UHGV virus genome: UHGV-1770993
Direction: 5' to 3' (one strand)
Length of the DNA: 13,591 bases
Source: a virus
Shown here: positions 6,755 to 13,591 of the stretch, in pieces
Layout: each line of letters begins with the position of its first letter
Numbering within the stretch: position 1 is the first letter of the stretch
The notes under the pieces: model-generated
Databases searched by the model: none
Told to the model about the DNA's origin: nothing
What the model saw: only the letters and a program-made list of their open reading frames with translations
Program-made: the position numbers and the translations under genes

Positions 6755-7044
6755 TGGCTAACCTACGCAAAGAAGCACGCGGCAGAGAATGCTAGGTACG
6801 TATTTACGGCATATGCAATGGCAATCCTGAAACTACAGTTCTGGCACATTACCGGATGGCTGGAATTTGCGGAACTGGAATGAAGCCTGACGACCTGATC
6901 GGCGCATGGGCTTGTAGTGACTGCCACGCGGAGATCGACCGACGCACCCGGATTCTCGACAACAAAGACGCCAGACTTTACCACCTCGAAGGCGTGATCA
7001 GGACGCAGGCGATACTGCTGAGGGAGGGGAAGATTAAGCCATGA
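6754..7044 (+). pseudogene. ybcO: ybcO-like (DUF1364) gene with an in-frame amber codon at codon 14 (TAG 6793-6795)
   Basis: Reading through the TAG gives MANLRKEARGREC*VRIYGICNGNPETTVLAHYRMAGICGTG...CSDCHAEIDRRT..., collinear with DLP12 YbcO (MADLRKAARGRECQVRIPGVCNGNPETSVLAH..., from memory), where the stop aligns to a Gln. Confidence 0.7.
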
Positions 7045-7403
7045 ACGAATATCAGTTTGTGCTTCCATACCCGCCGTCGGTGAATACCTACTGGCGAAGA
7101 CGGGGAAGCCAATACTACATCAGCGATAAAGGCCAGAAATACCGAAAAGACGTTCAGCAAATCATCCGCCAACTTAAGTTAGACATTTTCACCAAATCAC
7201 GACTCCGCATCAAAGTCATCGTAGACGTTCCGGACTCCCGCCGTCGCGACCTCGACAACATCCTGAAAGGTTTACTCGACTCCCTTATCCACGCCGGATT
7301 TGCGGAAGACGACGAGCAATTCGATGACATTCGCGTAATTCGTGGCGTGAAAGTACCAGGCGGAAGGCTTGGAATAAAAATCACCGAACTGGAGAACGCA
7401 TGA
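7041..7403 (+). CDS. rusA: RusA Holliday-junction resolvase
   Basis: 120-aa ORF with the RusA-like motif PDSRRRDLDNILKGLLDSL and C-terminal GGRLGIKITE; ATGA overlaps with both neighbours. Confidence 0.85.
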   Translation: MNEYQFVLPYPPSVNTYWRRRGSQYYISDKGQKYRKDVQQIIRQLKLDIFTKSRLRIKVIVDVPDSRRRDLDNILKGLLDSLIHAGFAEDDEQFDDIRVIRGVKVPGGRLGIKITELENA

Positions 7404-7588
7404 ACGCCACAATTCAAACGATACCAGAGCTTCTTATCCAGACACGAGGCAATCAGACCGAAGTGGCAAGGATGCTTTCCTGCGCAAGAGGAACAGTGCT
7501 CAAGTACAACCGAGACAGCAAAGGCGAGCGTCACGTAATAGTTAACGGCGTCCTGATGGTCAAACAGGGCAAAAGGGGAAGGCCATGA
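7400..7588 (+). CDS. ninH: NinH-like protein (62 aa)
   Basis: ...TIPELLIQTRGNQTEVARMLSCARGTVLKYNRDSKGERHVIVNGVLMV resembles lambda NinH (...TIPDMLVEAYGNQTEVARRLKCSRGTVRKY..., from memory); its stop overlaps the Q start. Confidence 0.7.
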   Translation: MNATIQTIPELLIQTRGNQTEVARMLSCARGTVLKYNRDSKGERHVIVNGVLMVKQGKRGRP

Positions 7589-8208
7589 GACTCGAAAGCG
7601 CAGCTAAATTTCATTCGCCAAAAAGCCCGATGATGAGCGACTCACCACGGGCTACGGCTTCTGACTCTCTTTCCGGTACTGATGTGATGGCTGCTATGGG
7701 GATGGCGCAATCACAAGCCGGATTCGGAATGGCTGCATTCTGTGGTAAGCACGAACTCAGCCAGAACGACAAACAAAAGGCTATCAACTATCTGATGCAA
7801 TTTGCACACAAGGTATCGGGGAAATACCGTGGCGTTGCAAAGCTTGAAGGAAATACTAAGGCAAAGGTACTGCAAGTGCTCGCAACATTCGCTTATGCGG
7901 ATTATTGCCGTAGTGCCGCGACGCCGGGCGCAAGATGCAGAGATTGCCACGGTACAGGCCGTGCGGTTGATATAGCCAAAACAGAGCAGTGGGGGAGAGT
8001 TGTTGAGAAAGAGTGCGGAAGATGCAAAGGTGTCGGCTATTCAAGAATGCCAGCAAGCGCCGCATATCGCGCTGTAACGATGCTAATCCCAAACCTTACT
8101 CAACCCACCTGGTCACGCACTGTTAAGCCGCTGTATGACGCTCTGGTGGTGCAATGCCACAAAGAAGAGTCAATCGCAGACAACATTTTGAATGCGGTCA
8201 CACGTTAA
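7585..8208 (+). CDS. Q: Late-gene antiterminator Q, lambda type
   Basis: 207-aa translation (MRLESAAKFHSPKSPMMSDSPRATASDSLSG...CRDCHGTGRAVD...) is essentially identical to lambda Q as I remember it; followed by PR'/qut. Confidence 0.92.
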   Translation: MRLESAAKFHSPKSPMMSDSPRATASDSLSGTDVMAAMGMAQSQAGFGMAAFCGKHELSQNDKQKAINYLMQFAHKVSGKYRGVAKLEGNTKAKVLQVLATFAYADYCRSAATPGARCRDCHGTGRAVDIAKTEQWGRVVEKECGRCKGVGYSRMPASAAYRAVTMLIPNLTQPTWSRTVKPLYDALVVQCHKEESIADNILNAVTR

Positions 8209-8250
8209 CAGCATGATTGCCACGGATGGCAACATATTAACGGCATAATA

Positions 8251-8290
8251 TTGACTTTTTGAATAAAGTTGGGTAAATTTGACCCAACGA
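8251..8290 (+). promoter_or_regulatory. Late promoter PR' with overlapping qut site
   Basis: -35 TTGACT at 8251-8256, 17-bp spacer, -10 TAAATT at 8274-8279; the sequence is near-identical to the lambda PR' region from memory. Confidence 0.8.
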
Positions 8291-8480
8291 TGGGTTAATT
8301 CGCTCGTTGTGGTAGTGAGATGAAAAGAGGCGGCGCTTACTACCGATTCCGCCTAGTTGGTCACTTCGACGTATCGTCTGGAACTCCAACCATCGCAGGC
8401 TGAGAGGTCTGCAAAATGCAATCCCGAAACAGTTCGCAGGTAATAGTTAGAGCCTGCACAACGGTTTCGGGATTTTTTAT
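8286..8480 (+). ncRNA. 6S-like PR' leader RNA ending at the tR' intrinsic terminator (hairpin 8422-8471 plus T-run 8473-8479)
   Basis: Region matches the lambda 6S RNA/tR' sequence from memory; CCCGAAAC...GGTTTCGGG stem followed by TTTTTTAT. Confidence 0.7.
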
Positions 8481-8482
8481 TT

Positions 8483-8557
8483 GGGTCAGTCGTATAAAGG
8501 TCATTACGGAAGGCTGTTAACCTTCTTATCGTGGTTCGAGTCCACGCTGTCCCGCCA
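8483..8557 (+). tRNA. tRNA-like gene, anticodon GTT (Asn) by manual folding
   Basis: Cloverleaf by eye: acceptor GGGTCAG/CTGTCCC (6 of 7 pairs), anticodon stem GAAGG/CCTTC with loop CTGTTAA, T-arm CGTGG-TTCGAGT-CCACG, discriminator G and encoded CCA; the D-arm is irregular. Confidence 0.45.
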
Positions 8558-8562
8558 AATAT

Positions 8563-8638
8563 GCTGGTTTAGCTCCAATGGTAGAGCGGTCGCCTTGTAA
8601 GCGAATGGGTAGCGGTTCAAGTCCGTTAACCAGCACCA
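8563..8638 (+). tRNA. tRNA gene, anticodon TGT (Thr) by manual folding, 76 nt with encoded CCA
   Basis: Acceptor GCTGGTT/AACCAGC (7 pairs), D-arm GCTC-CAATGGTA-GAGC, anticodon loop CTTGTAA, T-arm AGCGG-TTCAAGT-CCGTT, discriminator A, CCA. Confidence 0.65.
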
Positions 8639-8880
8639 TAACTGAGCCGTAGCCACTGGCTATCCTGAACTCATCAGTGATAGTTACGCTGCGGCCTTCT
8701 ACACATGACCTTCGTGAAAGCGGGTGGCAAGAGGCTGCGCTAACAACCTCCTGCCGTTTTGCCCGTGCATATCGGTCACGAACAAATCTGATTACTAAAC
8801 ACAGTAGCCTGGATTTGTTCTATCAGTAATAGACCTTATTCCTAATTAAATAGAGCAAATCCCCTTATTGGGGGTAAGAC

Positions 8881-9204
8881 ATGAAGATGCCAGAAAAACA
8901 TGACCTGTTAGCCGCCATTCTCGCGGCAAAGGAACAAGGCATCGGGGCAATCCTTGCGTTTGCAATGGCGTACCTTCGCGGCAGATATAATGGCGGTGCG
9001 TTTACAAAAACAGTAATCGACGCAACGATGTGCGCCATTATCGCCTGGTTCATTCGTGACCTTCTCGACTTCGCCGGACTAAGTAGCAATCTCGCTTATA
9101 TAACGAGCGTGTTCATCGGCTACATCGGTACTGACTCGATTGGTTCGCTTATCAAACGCTTCGCTGCTAAAAAAGCCGGAGTAGAAGATGGTGGAAATCA
9201 ATAA
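8881..9204 (+). CDS. S: Holin/antiholin S (class I holin, dual-start motif MKM)
   Basis: 107-aa translation [41 protein letters not shown]... matches lambda S from memory; dual start codons Met1/Met3 are present. Confidence 0.92.
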   Translation: MKMPEKHDLLAAILAAKEQGIGAILAFAMAYLRGRYNGGAFTKTVIDATMCAIIAWFIRDLLDFAGLSSNLAYITSVFIGYIGTDSIGSLIKRFAAKKAGVEDGGNQ

Positions 9205-9664
9205 TCAACGTAAGGCGTTCCTCGATATGCTGGCGTGGTCAGAAGGAACAGATAACGGACGGCAGAAAACCAGAAATCACGGTTATGACGTCATTGTAGG
9301 CGGAGAGCTATTCACTGATTACTCCGATCACCCTCGCAAACTTGTCACGCTAAACCCCAAACTCAAATCAACAGCAGCCGGACGTTACCAGCTTCTTTCC
9401 CGTTGGTGGGATGCCTATCGTAAGCAGCTTGGCCTGAAAGACTTCTCTCCCAAAAGCCAGGACGCTGTTGCGCTGCAGCAGATTAAGGAACGTGGCGCTT
9501 TGCCGATGATTGATCGCGGTGATATCCGTCAGGCTATCGACCGTTGCAGCAACATCTGGGCTTCACTGCCGGGGGCTGGTTATGGTCAGTTCGAGCATAA
9601 GGCTGACAGCCTGATTGCAAAATTCAAAGAGGCTGGCGGAACGGTCAGAGAGATTGAGGTATGA
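9188..9664 (+). CDS. R: Endolysin R (lytic transglycosylase)
   Basis: 158-aa translation [42 protein letters not shown]... is near-identical to lambda R from memory. Confidence 0.92.
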   Translation: MVEINNQRKAFLDMLAWSEGTDNGRQKTRNHGYDVIVGGELFTDYSDHPRKLVTLNPKLKSTAAGRYQLLSRWWDAYRKQLGLKDFSPKSQDAVALQQIKERGALPMIDRGDIRQAIDRCSNIWASLPGAGYGQFEHKADSLIAKFKEAGGTVREIEV

Positions 9665-10128
9665 GCAGAGTCACCGCGATTATCTCTGCTCTGGTTATCT
9701 GCATCATCGTCTGCCTGTCATGGGCTGTTAATCATTACCGTGATAACGCCATCGCCTACAAAGAACAGCGTGATAAAAAAGTCAGTGAGCTGAAGCAGGC
9801 GGCCGCCACCATTACTGACATGCAGCGACGCCAGCGTGCTGCTGATGCACTCGATGCTAAATACACGAAGGAGTTAGCTGATGCGAAAGCTGAAAATGAT
9901 GCTCTTCGGCGCAAGCTTGATAATGGTGGCAGGGTGCTCGTCAAAGGAAAATGCCCTGTGCCATCCTCAGCCGAAACCTCCGGCGCCTCCGGCATGGGCA
10001 ATGATGCCACCGTCGAACTCTCTCCAGTTGCTGGACGAAACGTTCTCGGTGTCCGGGACGGAATTATCCGCGACCAAACAGCACTGAGAACGCTTCAGGA
10101 ATACATCAGGACGCAATGCCTTCGATGA
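9661..10128 (+). CDS. Rz: Inner-membrane spanin Rz
   Basis: N-terminal [31 protein letters not shown] is identical to lambda Rz from memory; the C-terminal half is diverged but still coiled-coil-like. Confidence 0.85.
   Translation: MSRVTAIISALVICIIVCLSWAVNHYRDNAIAYKEQRDKKVSELKQAAATITDMQRRQRAADALDAKYTKELADAKAENDALRRKLDNGGRVLVKGKCPVPSSAETSGASGMGNDATVELSPVAGRNVLGVRDGIIRDQTALRTLQEYIRTQCLR
9881..10087 (+). CDS. Rz1: Outer-membrane lipoprotein spanin Rz1, embedded in the +1 frame of Rz
   Basis: [21 protein letters not shown]... has a signal peptide with lipobox VAGC and a proline-rich [11 protein letters not shown] segment like lambda Rz1. Confidence 0.75.
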   Translation: MRKLKMMLFGASLIMVAGCSSKENALCHPQPKPPAPPAWAMMPPSNSLQLLDETFSVSGTELSATKQH

Positions 10129-10303
10129 TAGCGATAATTTTACTCATCATCCTTCACATCTGGCTCTGTAGACAGGGTGATGATCACTTCTGGAGTGAAT
10201 CCAGATTAAACATCTCATTGCTGATGCTTGATATTGAGCATCTTGCGCGCAGTAAGGGGCTGCGTTGAGATAAGAGCCAGTTCATTACAAATACCAGGAT
10301 TTA

Positions 10304-10328
10304 GCCTCGCATTCGCGGGGCTTTTTAT
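10304..10328 (+). terminator. Rho-independent terminator downstream of the lysis cassette
   Basis: GCCTCGC-ATTC-GCGGGGC hairpin followed by TTTTTAT. Confidence 0.6.
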
Positions 10329-10470
10329 ATCTGAATTTCACAGCGCATCTCACGCGCATATTAACGAGAGCCTTTCAGTAAGCGAGCCTGAGAAATGCCG
10401 TTATAGGTGGCGACCTCTCTCGGGCGGCTTTTCTGTGAGACAGGCTCACTTTCTAAAAGGTAAAGACGCT

Positions 10471-10995
10471 ATGAATAATCATTCAGTTATTCCAGCCTTC
10501 GACTTCCGAGAAATGGTGCAAGCCAAAAACGGAGAGGTCGTTACCACATCCAGAAAAATTGCCAAGTACTTCGGCAAGCGACACGGTGATGTTCTCAGGA
10601 AAATCGAGCAGGTTAAGGCTGATTGCTCGCGTGAGTTTAGCCAACGCAATTTTGCGTCGGCTGATTATATCGATGAGCAGGGCAAGGTTCGCCCGATGTA
10701 CAGCCTGACGAAAGATGGCTGGATCATGGTTGTGATGGGGTTCACCGGGAAAGCTGCTGCGGCAATCAAGGAGAGCTATATCGCAGCATTCAACTGGATG
10801 GCAGAGCAACTGAGCCGCCGCATGGCAATTGGCGAAGAAATGCAGCACCGCTACGCCATCAAAGAAACACGCTCAAAGCTGAAAGGTACGATCGGCAGTC
10901 GGTTAATGAACGAACGGAAGAAAGAGAAGCGTGTCCTGGCTGTCGAGCATGAATACATCTTGCAGGTGACACAGCCTGAACTGCTGATTAATTGA
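10471..10995 (+). CDS. rha: Rha-family phage regulatory protein
   Basis: From ATG 10471: MNNHSVIPAFDFREMVQAKNGEVVTTSRKIAKYFGKRHGDVLRKIEQ... fits the Rha N-terminal domain pattern; the upstream in-frame extension to 10228 spans a terminator hairpin and was rejected. Confidence 0.7.
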   Translation: MNNHSVIPAFDFREMVQAKNGEVVTTSRKIAKYFGKRHGDVLRKIEQVKADCSREFSQRNFASADYIDEQGKVRPMYSLTKDGWIMVVMGFTGKAAAAIKESYIAAFNWMAEQLSRRMAIGEEMQHRYAIKETRSKLKGTIGSRLMNERKKEKRVLAVEHEYILQVTQPELLIN

Positions 10996-11295
10996 AGATG
11001 TCATTACAAAGCCTATCTACGGGTGGGCTTGATAATGAAACCGGAGTTAATTTCTGGTCACTAATTAACGGCAGTACAGCGAAACAACCCAAGCCAGTAA
11101 GTGGGGAAATAACACTGGCAGCCACTGAAAGATGAACCTCCTGCCTTATGGCAAAAAAGATTCTTTGTGGTGGCGGACTGATGGAAAGACATCGGTTATT
11201 GCAGAGACCATTCAATGAGTGGTCTCGACAATGGCTTATACCCTACACGGGATAACTTAACTGATATCCCTTTTAACGGATAAACGGAGCCAACA

Positions 11296-11538
11296 ATGGC
11301 AGAGATTATTCCCATGACTGAAGAACAGAAATTCCAGTTAGAGATTTACAAGCTGGTCATGAACCAGAACGCAGCCGCAGAAGAAGCATTTCAATTCATC
11401 GGCACTGACGAGTTGAAGCTTGAGCTATTCAAAATTCACTTCCAGTCAGGCGGCGCTAATTCAGATATCACTACCCGCACTATCGAAGCGGTGCGTAAAT
11501 CGAAGGAAGCGTTATACCTGTTCACCACCGGAGCATAA
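11296..11538 (+). CDS. Hypothetical protein (80 aa) immediately upstream of the terminase genes
   Basis: ORF with GGAG upstream (11283-11286); stop 3 nt before the terS start; no family recognised. Confidence 0.5.
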   Translation: MAEIIPMTEEQKFQLEIYKLVMNQNAAAEEAFQFIGTDELKLELFKIHFQSGGANSDITTRTIEAVRKSKEALYLFTTGA

Positions 11539-11540
11539 AC

Positions 11541-11981
11541 ATGGCGCGCCCAACAAAGTATCAAGAGGCGTATGCCGAACAGGCACGCAAACTGTGCTTG
11601 CTGGGCTACACCGATGCAGAGCTTGCTGATTTCTTCGAAGTCAGTGAGTCAACTATTAACAAGTGGAAGCTTGATTATCCTGAGTTTTCGGAGTCCATAA
11701 AAAAGGGTAAGGCCGTCGCTGATGCAGAAGTTAGTGACCGTCTTTATCAACGCGCTATGGGCTTCGTGGCTCCAGACATCGATATTCGTGTTATTGAAAA
11801 CAGAATTGTCGAAACTCCGCTTGAGAAGTATTACCCGCCTGATACAACTGCCGCCATCTTCTGGCTTAAGAACCGACAGAAGGATAAATGGCGCGACAAG
11901 GTTGATCACGAGCTAACAGGCAAAGACGGCGGCGCAATTCAGATTGAAACATCACCGATGAGCACTCTGTTCGGAAAATGA
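11541..11981 (+). CDS. terS: Terminase small subunit (HTH-containing)
   Basis: 146-aa ORF immediately upstream of and overlapping (ATGA) the large-terminase gene; N-terminal HTH-like segment LGYTDAELADFFEVSESTINKWK. Confidence 0.75.
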   Translation: MARPTKYQEAYAEQARKLCLLGYTDAELADFFEVSESTINKWKLDYPEFSESIKKGKAVADAEVSDRLYQRAMGFVAPDIDIRVIENRIVETPLEKYYPPDTTAAIFWLKNRQKDKWRDKVDHELTGKDGGAIQIETSPMSTLFGK

Positions 11982-13393
11982 CCTCGATTAATCCTATCTT
12001 TGAACCGTTCATTGAGGCGCATCGCTACAAAGTCGCCAAAGGCGGTCGAGGTAGCGGTAAATCATGGGCAATTGCGAGGCTGCTTGTTGAAGCGGCGCGT
12101 CGTCAGCCAGTGCGTATTCTTTGCGCTCGTGAACTGCAAAACAGTATCAGCGATTCGGTAATCCGGCTGCTTGAAGACACCATCGAGCGTGAAGGATATT
12201 CGGCTGAGTTTGAAATTCAGCGTTCAATGATTCGTCATCTCGGAACGAATGCTGAATTCATGTTCTACGGCATCAAAAACAACCCGACGAAGATTAAATC
12301 GCTCGAAGGTATTGATATCTGCTGGGTGGAAGAAGCGGAAGCGGTAACGAAGGAATCATGGGATATCCTGATACCAACCATCCGTAAGCCGTTCTCTGAA
12401 ATATGGGTGAGCTTTAACCCGAAGAACATACTCGACGATACCTATCAGCGATTCGTCGTAAATCCTCCTGATGATATTTGCCTGTTGACGGTGAACTACA
12501 CCGACAACCCGCACTTTCCTGAAGTTCTCCGTCTGGAGATGGAAGAGTGTAAACGCAGAAATCCGACACTGTATCGTCACATCTGGCTTGGTGAGCCAGT
12601 GAGCGCAAGTGATATGGCAATTATCAAACGTGAATGGCTTGAAGCCGCAACCGATGCGCACAAGAAACTCGGATGGAAAGCGAAAGGCGCTGTTGTCTCT
12701 GCGCATGACCCATCAGATACAGGGCCAGATGCTAAAGGTTATGCATCGCGTCACGGTTCGGTAGTTAAGCGCATTGCCGAAGGTCTGCTGATGGACATCA
12801 ACGAGGGTGCTGACTGGGCTACTTCGCTGGCGATTGAAGACGGCGCTGACCATTACCTGTGGGATGGTGATGGTGTTGGTGCCGGGCTACGCAGACAGAC
12901 AACGGAAGCGTTTTCCGGCAAGAAAATCACCGCCACGATGTTCAAGGGCAGCGAATCGCCATTCGATGAAGATGCACCGTATCAAGCCGGAGCATGGGCT
13001 GATGAAGTCGTACAGGGTGACAACGTTCGCACTATTGGCGATGTGTTCCGCAATAAGCGAGCACAATTCTATTACGCGCTGGCTGACAGGCTGTATCTGA
13101 CATATCGGGCGGTTGTCTACGGTGAGTATGCAGACCCCGACGACATGCTGAGCTTCGACAAAGAAGCGATAGGCGAGAAGATGCTGGAGAAGCTGTTTGC
13201 AGAATTGACGCAGATTCAGCGCAAATTCAATAACAACGGGAAGCTGGAGCTAATGACTAAGGTCGAAATGAAGCAGAAGCTCGGTATTCCATCTCCTAAC
13301 CTGGCTGATGCGCTGATGATGTGTATGCATTGCCCGGAGTCGGCTGCGCAACCCGACTATTCCAGTTACTCAATTCCTTGTGGTGTAGGTTGA
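11978..13393 (+). CDS. terL: Terminase large subunit, PBSX-family (pac-type) ATPase/nuclease
   Basis: 471-aa ORF with Walker A KGGRGSGKSWA, Walker B-like ICWVEEAEA, and C-terminal acidic nuclease-like residues. Confidence 0.88.
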   Translation: MTSINPIFEPFIEAHRYKVAKGGRGSGKSWAIARLLVEAARRQPVRILCARELQNSISDSVIRLLEDTIEREGYSAEFEIQRSMIRHLGTNAEFMFYGIKNNPTKIKSLEGIDICWVEEAEAVTKESWDILIPTIRKPFSEIWVSFNPKNILDDTYQRFVVNPPDDICLLTVNYTDNPHFPEVLRLEMEECKRRNPTLYRHIWLGEPVSASDMAIIKREWLEAATDAHKKLGWKAKGAVVSAHDPSDTGPDAKGYASRHGSVVKRIAEGLLMDINEGADWATSLAIEDGADHYLWDGDGVGAGLRRQTTEAFSGKKITATMFKGSESPFDEDAPYQAGAWADEVVQGDNVRTIGDVFRNKRAQFYYALADRLYLTYRAVVYGEYADPDDMLSFDKEAIGEKMLEKLFAELTQIQRKFNNNGKLELMTKVEMKQKLGIPSPNLADALMMCMHCPESAAQPDYSSYSIPCGVG

Positions 13394-13395
13394 TA

Positions 13396-13451
13396 TGGCA
13401 GAAAAAAAGATGACTGACTGGCATCGCAAGGTGCTGTGCAACTTTGATAAT
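13396..13451 (+). pseudogene. First 18 codons of the gene after terL (presumably portal), truncated by IS insertion
   Basis: ATG 13396 three nt after the terL stop, MAEKKMTDWHRKVLCNFDN, then the IS end begins at 13452. Confidence 0.35.
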
Positions 13452-13591
13452 TGAACCGCCCCGGGAATCCTGGAGACTAAACTTCCTGAGAAAGAGGTAA
13501 ACAGGATGACTAAAAATACTCGTTTTTCCCCTGAAGTCCGTCAACGGGCAGTCCGTATGGTTCTGGAAAGTCAGGGCGAATATGACTCACA
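13452..13591 (+). mobile_element. Left end of an IS3-family insertion sequence (IS629/IS1203-like), reading out of the window
   Basis: TGAACCGCCCCGGGAATCCTGGAGACTAAAC... terminal repeat; exact reverse complement of 1-140; OrfA start at 13506. Confidence 0.8.
13506..13591 (+). CDS. IS3-family transposase OrfA, N-terminal fragment (runs off the window)
   Basis: GGT/AGG ribosome-binding site then ATG 13506; MTKNTRFSPEVRQRAVRMVLESQGEYDSQ. Confidence 0.75.
   Translation, partial: MTKNTRFSPEVRQRAVRMVLESQGEYDS

Noticed and set aside
7154-8092. Minus-strand ORFs of 126, 79 and 78 aa overlapping rusA, ninH and Q
   Set aside because: They are antisense to genes with strong homology support and translational coupling; none has a ribosome-binding site.
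10407-10429. cos-like sequence GGTGGCGACCTCTCTCGGGCGGC resembling lambda cosN (GGGCGGCGACCT)
   Set aside because: The two halves are in the wrong order relative to cosN, and the terminase is a PBSX-family pac-type enzyme, so a lambda-type cos site is not expected; probably coincidental.
10228-10470. N-terminal extension of the Rha ORF in the supplied track (start at 10228)
   Set aside because: The extension runs through the post-lysis terminator hairpin and low-complexity sequence; the Rha-like homology begins at ATG 10471.
10988-11215. 75-aa minus-strand ORF in the rha-orf80 intergenic region (the lambda bor position)
   Set aside because: No ribosome-binding site, no lipobox or signal peptide, and no Bor-like sequence; kept only as a note in the accessory-block finding.
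12356-12706. 116-aa and 68-aa minus-strand ORFs inside terL
   Set aside because: Antisense to the large-terminase gene with no independent support.
1-13591. CRISPR arrays
   Set aside because: No array of regularly spaced direct repeats is visible; the only repeats are operator sites, ori iterons and the terminal IS copies.

Overview
The window is a roughly 13.3 kb mosaic lambdoid (lambda-like) prophage segment, bounded at both ends by the same 140-bp IS3-family (IS629/IS1203-like) left end in inverted orientation. All homology calls are from reading the translations and from memory of phage lambda and E. coli prophage proteins; no searches were run. Gene order, left to right: IS end; nutL and OL/PL; a minus-strand terminator; a small membrane-protein gene in the rex position; a cI-type repressor (minus strand); OR; cro-like; nutR; cII; a 48-aa ORF; an O-like initiator with internal ori iterons; a Toprim + DnaB-type primase-helicase in the place of lambda P; three small genes in the ren position; a nin region (ninB with an in-frame TAA, ninE, ninF, orf89, a ybcO-like gene with an in-frame TAG, rusA, ninH); a lambda-type Q; PR'/qut/6S RNA/tR'; two tRNA-like genes; lysis genes S, R, Rz/Rz1; a terminator; rha; orf80; terminase small and large subunits (pac-type, PBSX family); and the first 18 codons of the next gene (presumed portal), cut by the second IS copy. 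The IS abuts nutL boxB, and two nin genes carry in-frame stop codons, so this is probably a defective prophage. The best candidates for undescribed accessory function are the lysogen-expressed membrane protein downstream of cI, the small genes between the helicase and ninB, and the rha/orf80 block between lysis and packaging.
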